A DNA stretch of 29,282 nt from an uncultured Gammaproteobacteria bacterium (GTDB lineage: Bacteria; Patescibacteriota; Patescibacteriia; UBA1558; 2-01-FULL-52-15): positions 29,254 through 58,535 of the forward strand of contig CAYYYA010000001.1 in the NCBI GenBank assembly GCA_964475975.1, written 5' to 3'. The notes under the pieces were generated by a model that did not search any database, was not told the origin of the DNA, and was given only the letters and a program-made list of their open reading frames with translations. A program made the position numbers and the translations under genes. Shown here one piece after another: positions 1-8,649 of this stretch; positions within the stretch are counted from its first letter, which is position 1, and every line of letters begins with the position of its first letter.

Positions 1-1254
1 ATTACGGTTCTCTGGTGGTCTCTGGGTGTAGTCTACGTGGCTGGTCCAAACCGTGCCACGATCTACTACCTCGGCGATCCGCTGCGCGACTGTGGTCGCG
101 GGCTGCACTTCATGTTGCTTCTCATCGAGAGGCCAAAGATAGTGCCAGCACCGCGCTACCGCGCAACAGAAGAAATTCAGGCCGGCATCGAGCAGGATCT
201 GAAAAGCAAGAAGGGTGGTGCCCTCGATCCGGCCGAAATCAAAAAGCGCGTCATTGACGCGCTGACCACCAAGCTGCTGCGCACGAGGACGACACGCAGG
301 TCAGAGACAGGAGAGGTTAGTGGCTTGCTCGCAAGCTACAACTTCGAATTTCTCTATCGCATGGTGTATTCCGTGCCGTTCGCACTGCTCAGTGCTGTCG
401 ACCAGAAGAAAATGGTCGGCATGCTGAAGAACTTCTTCGAAGCTGTCTGTGACCTCGTCTTCCGTGGCGTGGAGTATCTGTACATCATGGAAGCAATCGA
501 GTCAGACATGCTCTGGCTCGCAGATCCTGATGTACTGGTAGATCATCTGGAGTCCTGCTGGAACGCGGTTCCTCAGAAGACCCCGCGAGAGGCCTCCAAA
601 TCGTTCATGAAGGGGCATCCCTTCTGGGCGCTGTCCGAAGCTGATCGTGCTGTTGCGCTGGCTGCTGCTACGCCAGCCGAACAGGCGCTCTGTGCCAAAT
701 GGCGTCCGCTGCCGGACGAACGTTTGTTGGAGTTGTTCAACGCCAACAACGATGACGCTGCGGTTGATCACGTTTTCGAATACTACCCGACGTCGACTCT
801 GGCCCGCATGATCTCTGACACCGGCTTCGCTGCGGTCTACTTCAGAATTGAAGACCGGAACGAGGATCCGGCCATCGAGGAGGAGAAGAACGCCCGCGAA
901 GTGGCCCGACTCCGCCGGCAGACCCTGCGGCTTCAAGCTCAGGGTGAAGGTGGCAAGCTGGGTCTCAAGGCGCGCGAAGTGGTCTCTGCCAGCGGAGACG
1001 CCTGTCCTCATCGAGGAATTGAAGAGGACAAGCTAACCGACGTGCAGAGAGCCGACATCCTGCGGTGGGAGCAGGATCACAAGGCAGAGCTGGCTCAGGC
1101 GCGCGAGTATATTCTCAAGACTGAGATGTATGGCGCCACTCAGACTGTGCTGACCGATGGTGGCGGACCGAGGCCCTCGCCGGTTATCACGCTGACGCCG
1201 AAGGCAAAGCCGGGTGCTGGAACGCCGAGCGCCCCGCCTGAGTCCGAAGACTAG
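1..1254 (+). CDS. Divergent SPFH (band 7/stomatin/HflC-like) membrane protein, 5'-truncated by the window edge
   Basis: Frame is open back to base 1 (ITVLWWSLGVVYVAGPNRATIYYLGDPLRDCGRGLHFMLLLIERP). This resembles the SPFH start (TM, then V..e.avi..lG...r.l.pGlhf.iP.iE). FEFLYRM and YFRIEDRNEDPAIEEEKNAREVARLRRQTLRLQAQGE resemble the SPFH core and coiled coil. Visibly GC-richer than the rest of the window. Confidence 0.45.
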   Translation: MTVLWWSLGVVYVAGPNRATIYYLGDPLRDCGRGLHFMLLLIERPKIVPAPRYRATEEIQAGIEQDLKSKKGGALDPAEIKKRVIDALTTKLLRTRTTRRSETGEVSGLLASYNFEFLYRMVYSVPFALLSAVDQKKMVGMLKNFFEAVCDLVFRGVEYLYIMEAIESDMLWLADPDVLVDHLESCWNAVPQKTPREASKSFMKGHPFWALSEADRAVALAAATPAEQALCAKWRPLPDERLLELFNANNDDAAVDHVFEYYPTSTLARMISDTGFAAVYFRIEDRNEDPAIEEEKNAREVARLRRQTLRLQAQGEGGKLGLKAREVVSASGDACPHRGIEEDKLTDVQRADILRWEQDHKAELAQAREYILKTEMYGATQTVLTDGGGPRPSPVITLTPKAKPGAGTPSAPPESED

Positions 1255-1263
1255 ACAATTTAC

Positions 1264-1322
1264 CCTAAGCCGAAAGGTTTAGGCAGGGGCCCGTTGCATC
1301 AAGCAGCGGGCCTCTTAATTTT
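1264..1322. terminator. Tandem hairpins; bidirectional intrinsic terminator between convergent genes
   Basis: CCTAAGCC-GAAA-GGTTTAGG (1264-1283), then GGGGCCCGTTGC-ATCAA-GCAGCGGGCCTC (1286-1314) followed by TTAATTTT; abuts the dusB stop codon. Confidence 0.75.
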
Positions 1323-2295
1323 TATCTAAAATATCTCGCACTTCTTCTGGAGTGTTGACCTGGACGAGTGCTTGCCGTAGCTCAGAGGCATTAGCTCGTC
1401 CTTTGACATAATGAGCTAGATGCCGACGCATTGGTTCGAAATAATCTTGGTCATATAGTTCAACGAAATAGTTCGTATGATCGAGCATTGCTTGTTTCAC
1501 CTCGGGCCAGGTTATTTCAGTATATGAACCAGTTCGCAGATAATCTTTGATTTGGCTGAAGGTCCATGGTTTACCCAAGACGCTCCGCGCTAAGCCGAGT
1601 CCGTCGACTCCTGTGGCTTCCAAAATATCTTTGCTGCTTTCAATAGAAGTGACACCGCCGTTAGCTAATACAGGGCCAGTTTTGAAAATTTCTTTGACCT
1701 GACGAATCATCTCCAAGTTGATATCTCCATCGAACGGATCCTCGAAGCTTCTGCCGTGAATCATCAGAGCGGCAATAGGGAGGTCAGACATTTCTTTCAG
1801 AAAGTCGAGGATAGTTACATGCTTGACGCGTCCCGGAGGCATATTATCCTCTGCCTTGATAGAGATACGAGTTTTAATAGATACAGGAATATCAACAGCT
1901 TCAATAGCTGCTGCAATAATTTTTTTACTCAAAGCAATATCGCGCATCAACATAACGCCGCAATAGTTGCGTGCAATCTTATGAGCAGGGCATCCAAAGT
2001 TGATATCTATACCATCAGCGCCAGCTTGTTCAGCAAGTTTCGCTGCTTGAGCGATAACTTTGGGATTATTACCCATAATCTGGACTACCAAAGGGAATTC
2101 GTCAGAGGTCTGCTCCATCATTTTCTGTGCTTTAGGGATACCACGAATAAGGGCCTCAGAAGCTATCATTTCTGAGTACACAACATCAGCGCCCCAGGAT
2201 TTCGCTAAGCGGCGATAGGCAGCGTCAGTAATGCCTACCATCGGAGCAAGGGCGATAATGGGACTTTTTAGTTCTTTCCAGAAGTTTTTCGACAT
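1315..2295 (-). CDS. dusB: tRNA-dihydrouridine synthase (DusB-like)
   Basis: LAPMVGITD, YSEMI, IDINFGCP (catalytic Cys), HGRS, ANGGV and GLARSVLGKPW motifs; 326 aa. Confidence 0.93.
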   Translation of the reverse strand: MSKNFWKELKSPIIALAPMVGITDAAYRRLAKSWGADVVYSEMIASEALIRGIPKAQKMMEQTSDEFPLVVQIMGNNPKVIAQAAKLAEQAGADGIDINFGCPAHKIARNYCGVMLMRDIALSKKIIAAAIEAVDIPVSIKTRISIKAEDNMPPGRVKHVTILDFLKEMSDLPIAALMIHGRSFEDPFDGDINLEMIRQVKEIFKTGPVLANGGVTSIESSKDILEATGVDGLGLARSVLGKPWTFSQIKDYLRTGSYTEITWPEVKQAMLDHTNYFVELYDQDYFEPMRRHLAHYVKGRANASELRQALVQVNTPEEVRDILDKN

Positions 2296-2303
2296 AATCG
2301 GCT

Positions 2304-2332
2304 AGTATAAGGAAATATGGTGATAAAATCAA
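2304..2332 (-). promoter_or_regulatory. sigma70 promoter of dusB (near-leaderless)
   Basis: TTGATT-17 nt-TATACT, 8 nt before the ATG. Confidence 0.6.
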
Positions 2333-2382
2333 GAACCCGCATGTCTGCGGGGATGGGTAGTGGTTGTATATACAGTACTACT

Positions 2383-3309
2383 CTACAACCAGCCTTTGCG
2401 TTTAAACCAGAGCAGTAAACCGCCGATGACAAAACAAACAATGCCCACAATGATCCAAAAATCATAGGGCTGACCGTTGATAGGATCATGGCTCGTATTC
2501 ATACCGAAGATACCTACAACTAAGTTGGCAGGGATGAGTACAACAGAGATAGTGGTAAGAATTTTGATAATATCATTCAACTTGAAGGAAATCATAGATT
2601 CATTGGTCTCATCAAAAGCTGTGATTGTTTCCATATGTGTCTGCAAAATATCCCAGATATCCTTACTACGCTCAAGCGCATTATTAAGATAGATACGCAT
2701 CTCACCCGGCTCAAAATAGCTATTATTAACAGCCATCAATTTTTTGATGATATTTTTGTGCGAGTTCATGATACGCCGAAAAGCCACGATATTTCGTTTT
2801 ATTATCAGAATCTCTCGTACCATCCGTCGTTCATTACCGGCGAAGATTTGGTTTTCTATATTTTCAATATCGAGGGTAATGTGATCCAGCATCGGGAAGG
2901 TGGCGTTTTGCAATCTATGGATTATTTCGTTTAAAAGTCCAACAGCATGATCAGCCATATAGAGCTTTTGGAGATGTTTGTCACGATAGCAATCATTAAA
3001 AAAAGAGTCCAAAACCTCTAAATGCCCGTCTCCGATGGTTATCAAATACTTATCCCCAATGAAAAAATCTATTTCCGCTGCTTTTACTCCGCGATCTTCA
3101 CGATCATAATAAGCGAAGAGAAGGATCATGAATAAGTATTCAGGGTACTCGTCTAACTTTGGATGAAGTGAGACTTTTTTCGCATCAACAATGTCCAGTG
3201 GATGAAACTGATATTTTTCTTGTAAATATTTCAAATCACTGTCTGTCGGTTTGCGCGCATGAATCCATGTCAGGGATTGAAAATGAATTTCTTTGAGATT
3301 AGTAATCAT
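2383..3309 (-). CDS. corA: CorA-family Mg2+/Co2+ transporter
   Basis: GMN signature (GIFGMN) between two C-terminal TM helices, FHPLDIVD and HPKLDEY N-terminal motifs; 308 aa. Confidence 0.93.
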   Translation of the reverse strand: MITNLKEIHFQSLTWIHARKPTDSDLKYLQEKYQFHPLDIVDAKKVSLHPKLDEYPEYLFMILLFAYYDREDRGVKAAEIDFFIGDKYLITIGDGHLEVLDSFFNDCYRDKHLQKLYMADHAVGLLNEIIHRLQNATFPMLDHITLDIENIENQIFAGNERRMVREILIIKRNIVAFRRIMNSHKNIIKKLMAVNNSYFEPGEMRIYLNNALERSKDIWDILQTHMETITAFDETNESMISFKLNDIIKILTTISVVLIPANLVVGIFGMNTSHDPINGQPYDFWIIVGIVCFVIGGLLLWFKRKGWL

Positions 3310-3318
3310 ACTAACAAG

Positions 3319-3361
3319 ATTATATCATAAAACAACGCAATCGTATATTATATGGTATAAT
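3319..3361. promoter_or_regulatory. Back-to-back extended -10 promoters for corA and the 3368 gene
   Basis: Minus strand TGaTATAAT (hexamer 3319-3324) lies 9 nt before the corA ATG; plus strand TGgTATAAT (hexamer 3356-3361) lies 6 nt before ATG 3368. Confidence 0.55.
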
Positions 3362-3367
3362 ATAATC

Positions 3368-3823
3368 ATGTCAGAACAAGTATTTGAACCCTCGCTGCGA
3401 CCAGAATTACCGCCGACTCCAGAACAACAAAGCGAACAACCTCAGGTAGCGACGTCAGAGCAACAGGTGCCGAGTATAGATGTGAAATCACCTGTGATAT
3501 CTCCATCGCAATCTCGTGCGCCTGTTTTACCTAAGGATAAAGATCCGCAGCTCGTTGAGATCGAGTCTATTTTGTCGGACGGGCTCGATCAGGCTTATAT
3601 TTCGTTAACGCTAGATAAACGGCAGCAATTTCGTACTGAAGGGGAAATCTTGGCTCGTACTATTCAGTCAATGATTCAAAGCGGCAAAGTAAATATCAAA
3701 AAAATTAGGAATTTAATCATTCGATGGTTGAGAGTTATTCCAGGTGTTAATCGTTATTTTTTAGAACAGGAAGCCAAGATTAAAACTGATAGAATCTCAG
3801 AGATGAAGTCAGACTCCGTATGA
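3368..3823 (+). CDS. Hypothetical protein, translationally coupled to the downstream ATPase
   Basis: Likely start is ATG 3368 (MSEQVFEP), just after a -10 box. Pro/Gln-rich N-terminus and a helical C-terminal domain (WLRVIPGVNRYFLEQEAKIKTD). ATGA overlap with the next gene. Confidence 0.75.
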   Translation: MSEQVFEPSLRPELPPTPEQQSEQPQVATSEQQVPSIDVKSPVISPSQSRAPVLPKDKDPQLVEIESILSDGLDQAYISLTLDKRQQFRTEGEILARTIQSMIQSGKVNIKKIRNLIIRWLRVIPGVNRYFLEQEAKIKTDRISEMKSDSV

Positions 3824-6336
3824 TGTTACAAGCTCCCATTATTATTAACACTCAGCCGAGTGGCACGGACTTTATATTTCTGCCGTATATCTTAGGCTTG
3901 TTAGCTACGGTTATTGTATTGTGGGTACTATTTTTGATTGCTCGATTATTCCTGAAACGCGAACCAAAGCTAAAGATTTTTCTCCTGACGGTGCCAAAAT
4001 ATGATTCTCTCAGTCAAGCGGAGAATGAAGCGGCTCAGCATATAAAAGAACAGCTGTCTCACGTTGAGAATCTGTTTGCTGCCTTAGGGGCCTTACGAGC
4101 TGAAGGTGGATGGAAGGCTTGGCTCTTCGGACGGCAAGATTATTTTGCTCTGGAGATAGTTGCACGTCAGGGAGAGATTTCCTTCTATTGCGGTGTTAGT
4201 GAACCGCAGGTAGAGTTTTTTATCCATGTGCTGCAGTCAGTACATCCAAATGTGCATTACCAAGAAGTTGCGGACTATAATATTTTCCCGCCGCAGGGAT
4301 TTGTTGCTTGCAGTTATCTTAAGTTGAGTCGTGATGTGATGTTTCCGATTAAGACGTATCAGTTATTTGATTTTGATCCCTTAGAGACATTAACAAATGT
4401 GTTGAGCAAGCTAGAAACTGGCGAGAGCTTAGTCATACAATACATTATCCGTTCTGCACACCGCGTCTGGCATCAGCGTGGCGTGAAAACGGCCAAAGCT
4501 TTGAATAGTGGTAAAGGATTAAAAGAGGCAATGGCCGGACAAAGCTCGCAGCAGTCTATGGTTGGTAAGGGTTTGTCTAGTGTTTTTTCTACTGTTCTAA
4601 CAACCACACGTAGTCAGTCAGAGAAGCCAAAGCCAGGTGAGCAACCGAAAGAACCAAAAGTTGCTTCACAGCTGGAGATTCAAATGGCTAAGGCTCTAGA
4701 GGAGAAAGCTAATAAAGCTGGTTTGGACGTTAATATTCGCTTAATCAGTGTCTCAACCAACAAAGTGCACGTTGATGCTAATCTCCGAGGATTAATCAAT
4801 GCCTATGGTCAGTTTAATATTTATGAAACAGGTAATAGCTTCCGTGCCAAACAGCTACATTCGCGCGACCGTTTGATTAAGGATTTTATTTATCGCCGTT
4901 TTGATCAGAGCGCACTTTGTCTATTCAACGCAGAAGAGATGGTAGGTTTGTGGCATCTGCCGGGTGCAACGATTGCGACTCCGAATATTCGGTGGTTGGA
5001 AGCTCGTAGCGCGCCACCGCCACGCGACTTGCCGACGAGAGGACTATTATTGGGCCACTCTGTGTACCGTGGCCAGAGCTTCCCTGTGCGTATGAAGGAT
5101 GAAGATAGGAGACGTCATACCTATATCATCGGTCAAACCGGTACGGGTAAGACGGTATTGATGGGTAATTTGATGTTGCAAGATATTCAAGCGGGGAAAG
5201 GCTGTTGTCTGATAGACCCTCACGGTGATTTGGTAGAGGCGCTTCTCGGATTGATACCACCGGATCGTGAGAAAGATGTTATTGTTTTTGACCCGTCAGA
5301 CACCTCACGGCCAATGGGACTTAACATGCTGGAATTCTTCAACGCAGATCAGAAAACATTAGTCATCAATGAGATGATTAATATCTTTGATAAGTTGTAT
5401 GATCTGAAAAAAACGGGCGGTCCGATCTTTGAACAATATATGCGCAACACCTTACTCCTGATGATGGAGGACGTGGAATCTGGCTGTAGTTTGATGGAAG
5501 TGGCTAAAGTGCTGGCCGATGAGAATTTCCGTAAATATAAATTAAGCAAAGCTACCAATCCAGTGGTCCGTGATTTTTGGCTCAAAGAAGCGCATAAAGC
5601 TGGCGGTGAGGCATCACTGGCCAATATGGTACCGTATATCACCAGTAAGCTGACGCAGTTCACTGCCAATGATATCATGCGACCAATCATTGCTCAGCAG
5701 ACGAGCTCCTTCAATTTCCGAGACATAATGGATCAAAGGAAGATTTTATTAGTCAATTTATCAAAAGGTAAAATTGGTGAGTTGAACAGCAACCTATTAG
5801 GTTTGATAATTGTTGGTAAAATATTAATCGCTGCTTTATCTCGCGTTGACACAGCAGAAGAGGAGCGAGCTGATTTTTATCTTTATATTGATGAGTTCCA
5901 AAACTTCCTAACGGACAGTATTGCTGTTATACTATCTGAAGCGCGAAAGTATCGTTTGAATCTGACGATGGCTCATCAATATATCAGTCAGTTGGTACGA
6001 GACGGTGATACCAAGATTCGAGATGCTGTTTTCGGAAATGTCGGTACGAAGATTGCGTTTCGTATTGGCGCCGAGGATGCTGAAACATTGAAAAAAGAAT
6101 TTACTCCTGTTTTTAGTGACTACGACCTCTTGAATATTTCCAAAAATAATGCTTATATTAAGTTGTTGATTGATAATCAAAATCCACCGGCATTTAATAT
6201 TAAATTAGAACCGCCGAAGAAAGGTGATCCGCAAATAGCTACTCGCTTAAAAGAACAGTCACGTATACAATACGGTAGACCTCGTGAAGAAGTAGAGCAA
6301 GAGATTATCAAACGTTCCGGAATGATAGTGAGCTAA
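3820..6336 (+). CDS. Membrane-anchored VirD4/TraD/HerA-like P-loop ATPase (type IV coupling protein-like)
   Basis: N-terminal TM helix; RRRHTYIIGQTGTGKT (Walker A), LIDPHGDL, LYIDEFQNF (Walker B), SEARKYRLNLTMAHQ; 838 aa. Confidence 0.85.
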   Translation: MMLQAPIIINTQPSGTDFIFLPYILGLLATVIVLWVLFLIARLFLKREPKLKIFLLTVPKYDSLSQAENEAAQHIKEQLSHVENLFAALGALRAEGGWKAWLFGRQDYFALEIVARQGEISFYCGVSEPQVEFFIHVLQSVHPNVHYQEVADYNIFPPQGFVACSYLKLSRDVMFPIKTYQLFDFDPLETLTNVLSKLETGESLVIQYIIRSAHRVWHQRGVKTAKALNSGKGLKEAMAGQSSQQSMVGKGLSSVFSTVLTTTRSQSEKPKPGEQPKEPKVASQLEIQMAKALEEKANKAGLDVNIRLISVSTNKVHVDANLRGLINAYGQFNIYETGNSFRAKQLHSRDRLIKDFIYRRFDQSALCLFNAEEMVGLWHLPGATIATPNIRWLEARSAPPPRDLPTRGLLLGHSVYRGQSFPVRMKDEDRRRHTYIIGQTGTGKTVLMGNLMLQDIQAGKGCCLIDPHGDLVEALLGLIPPDREKDVIVFDPSDTSRPMGLNMLEFFNADQKTLVINEMINIFDKLYDLKKTGGPIFEQYMRNTLLLMMEDVESGCSLMEVAKVLADENFRKYKLSKATNPVVRDFWLKEAHKAGGEASLANMVPYITSKLTQFTANDIMRPIIAQQTSSFNFRDIMDQRKILLVNLSKGKIGELNSNLLGLIIVGKILIAALSRVDTAEEERADFYLYIDEFQNFLTDSIAVILSEARKYRLNLTMAHQYISQLVRDGDTKIRDAVFGNVGTKIAFRIGAEDAETLKKEFTPVFSDYDLLNISKNNAYIKLLIDNQNPPAFNIKLEPPKKGDPQIATRLKEQSRIQYGRPREEVEQEIIKRSGMIVS

Positions 6337-6435
6337 AATCCTGTGATTAATGCTCATAGTGTAAGAAAAAATAAAATTGTACGTCAGTAAAATAAAAGAA
6401 CCAATCACTCAAAATAAAGTGGTTGGAAAACAAAA

Positions 6436-6996
6436 ATGGCAAAAGTAAACAAAATTCAGGAATTAGAGGATTTTATCCGTCATCAGGAGTTGGAGTTGAA
6501 GAAGATGAAGGTTATTTTAGCTGAGTTGTCAGGACATACTTCTACTCAGGCTGTTGACTATGTCGTCAAAGCTTCTGAAGTCGGTAAAGAAACAGATAGT
6601 CACGAGGGTAGGGTGATTGAAGGTGTTTTCGACGGGCAGAATATGATTGGTCCTGATGGTAAGGTATATTCAATCCCTGTTAATTATTCTTCCAAATCAA
6701 AGCTGGTCGAGGGTGATATTTTGAAATTAACTATTGATGCCCTTGGTAATTTCATATACAAGCAGATTGGACCTGTTGAGCGAGCAAGAATGATGGGTGT
6801 TTTAGCTAAAGATCAGGATAAAGGTGATTATATTGTCATAGCTGACGATCATATGTTTAAGGTGTTGGCAGCTAGTGTTAGTTATTACAAAGGTACTGAA
6901 GGAGATCAGGTGGTTGTTTTGGTGCCTAAGGATGCTGATAGTAAGTGGGGTGCTGTCGAGAATATCATCAAACGGAGCCCATCACGGCCAGAATAA
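6436..6996 (+). CDS. Conserved hypothetical protein (N-terminal coiled coil, beta-rich C-terminus)
   Basis: 186-aa ORF with an A-rich leader; EGVFDGQNMIGPDGKVYSIPVNYSSKSKLVEGD looks like a conserved motif; no function can be assigned. Confidence 0.75.
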   Translation: MAKVNKIQELEDFIRHQELELKKMKVILAELSGHTSTQAVDYVVKASEVGKETDSHEGRVIEGVFDGQNMIGPDGKVYSIPVNYSSKSKLVEGDILKLTIDALGNFIYKQIGPVERARMMGVLAKDQDKGDYIVIADDHMFKVLAASVSYYKGTEGDQVVVLVPKDADSKWGAVENIIKRSPSRPE

Positions 6997-7036
6997 GTAA
7001 CGCAAATTTGGAAATTGCTAGCCTTTTAGCTTCTTG

Positions 7037-7066
7037 CTTGCCGACGGCAGGTTTTTTTATTATGAT
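7037..7066 (+). promoter_or_regulatory. Hairpin/T-tract overlapping the probable dnaX promoter
   Basis: CTTGCC-GAC-GGCAGG followed by T7 (possible terminator of the upstream gene). TTGCCG-17 nt-TATGAT lies 8 nt before the dnaX ATG. Confidence 0.5.
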
Positions 7067-7074
7067 AGTATTCT

Positions 7075-8595
7075 ATGGCAGTTTTATATAGAAAATATCG
7101 ACCTCAAAGCTTCAGCTCTGTAGTGGGTCAGAACCACATCAAAACTACGCTGGCTTCAGAAATTATCTCTAACCAATTGGCTCATGCCTATCTATTCGTT
7201 GGTCCGCGCGGTACCGGTAAGACGACCATGGCGCGCCTCTTGGCCCGTGCAGTTAATTGTTCTCAACGGTTAGAGAATTCAGCCGAACCCTGTAATGAAT
7301 GTGAGTCATGTCTAGCAATCGCCAAAGGGCGGAGTCTCGATATCATTGAAATAGATGCTGCGACTCATACACAGGTTGATAATGTTCGCGAGAATATCAT
7401 CACCAATGCACAGGTTCCTCCGTATAACCCTCATGGCTATAAAGTTTTCATTATCGATGAAGTGCACATGCTGTCAAAGGCCGCCTTCAATGCTTTACTG
7501 AAAACTATCGAAGAGCCACCAGCACGAATCATCTTCATCCTCGCTACAACAGAGATTCGAAAGGTTCCAGAAACGATACGTTCTCGCTGTCAACGGTTTG
7601 ATTTCAAGAAGATTCCTCAAGCCGTCATTATTGAGCGTCTGACCGATTTGGCTACACGCGAACAAAAAACAGTACCCACAGATATTCTCGCCACGATTGC
7701 GCGTAGAGCAGAAGGAGGATTACGTGATGCTGAGAGCTTGCTTGGTCAACTGATGAGTCTGACGGAAGAAGCGACTATCACAGCTCAGGTTGCTGCTTTA
7801 GTATTACCTCGTAACTACTGGGCCGATATAGAGACGATGTTGGAAAATTTGTTGGTCAAAAATAGCGCAGCTGCCTTGAAGCATCTTCATCAATTATTAC
7901 ACGAAGGAAGTGATTTAGAAGATTTTGCCGCTGATTTATTGGAGTATATTCGTCAGGTTCTCTTAGCTCAAGTTTTGGGACCAAGCTTTAGTCCTGATTT
8001 GGATGAAGGCAGGATTCAGGCTTTACGAGGTTTGGCAGATCGTTTTACTGCTAAAGATATCCGACGATTACTTGATATTGTTTTGATACGTGCTATTGAG
8101 ACTAAAACAGCAGTTATTCCTCAGTTACCATTAGAGTTAGCCATCATAGAGTACTGTCAGCTAGAAATAGTGGCAGCACCTGTTTCTGTTGCACGAGCTG
8201 AAGAGCCGAGAGCAAAACAACCTGAAGCCGCAGTCAAATCTACTATGGCTGCTAATGAGACATTGCCTTCAATCGAACAATGGCAGCAGATTCTTCACGC
8301 TTCCAAAGCGCATAATCACTCATTGTCGGCTTTTTTGAAGGTCGGTCACCCATTATCATTTGATGACGACAAGTTAGTTATTGGCTTTGAGTTTGATTTT
8401 CATGCAGAACGCGTACGTGAAGCCAAGAACAAACAGATTGTACAGGAAGTTATTAGTGAGATTTTGGGTCGCGAGGTGGCAATCAGCGCTGAGGTTGATA
8501 CCGAGTATCGCCAGCATCATCAGAAATTTAATGGAGCGCAAGAGAAAGAGGTTGAGGAAGTTTTAGATGTTTTGGGAGGCGGGGAAGTGGTATAG
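7075..8595 (+). CDS. dnaX: DNA polymerase III subunit gamma/tau
   Basis: LYRKYRPQSF, GPRGTGKTT, CNECESC zinc module, IEIDAA, IIDEVHML, AFNALLKTIEEPP, SRCQRF; 506 aa. Confidence 0.97.
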   Translation: MAVLYRKYRPQSFSSVVGQNHIKTTLASEIISNQLAHAYLFVGPRGTGKTTMARLLARAVNCSQRLENSAEPCNECESCLAIAKGRSLDIIEIDAATHTQVDNVRENIITNAQVPPYNPHGYKVFIIDEVHMLSKAAFNALLKTIEEPPARIIFILATTEIRKVPETIRSRCQRFDFKKIPQAVIIERLTDLATREQKTVPTDILATIARRAEGGLRDAESLLGQLMSLTEEATITAQVAALVLPRNYWADIETMLENLLVKNSAAALKHLHQLLHEGSDLEDFAADLLEYIRQVLLAQVLGPSFSPDLDEGRIQALRGLADRFTAKDIRRLLDIVLIRAIETKTAVIPQLPLELAIIEYCQLEIVAAPVSVARAEEPRAKQPEAAVKSTMAANETLPSIEQWQQILHASKAHNHSLSAFLKVGHPLSFDDDKLVIGFEFDFHAERVREAKNKQIVQEVISEILGREVAISAEVDTEYRQHHQKFNGAQEKEVEEVLDVLGGGEVV

Positions 8596-8649
8596 TTTTT
8601 TATATTTGTGGTCTTGTTTTTAAGACCAAATATGAAGTATACTTATGCC

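Noticed and set aside
3208-3233. Fourth copy of the ECF-type motif inside corA
   Set aside because: TGAAATATT is present, but there is no TGTA at the required 13-nt spacing.
3820-6336. Conjugative element (ICE)
   Set aside because: No relaxase, VirB4/VirB structural genes, integrase or att sites nearby; it is flanked by housekeeping genes.
6436-6996. Ribosomal protein L7/L12 label that I recall being attached to similar proteins
   Set aside because: None of the L7/L12 motifs (e.g. the C-terminal GLKEAK region) is present, so it is left as hypothetical.
6997-7074. SRP RNA (ffs) or tRNA upstream of dnaX
   Set aside because: The gap is only 78 nt, with no SRP helix-8 motif and no cloverleaf.
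7075-8595. Programmed -1 frameshift in dnaX
   Set aside because: I saw no A-AAA-AAG slippery site or long homopolymer run in the gene.
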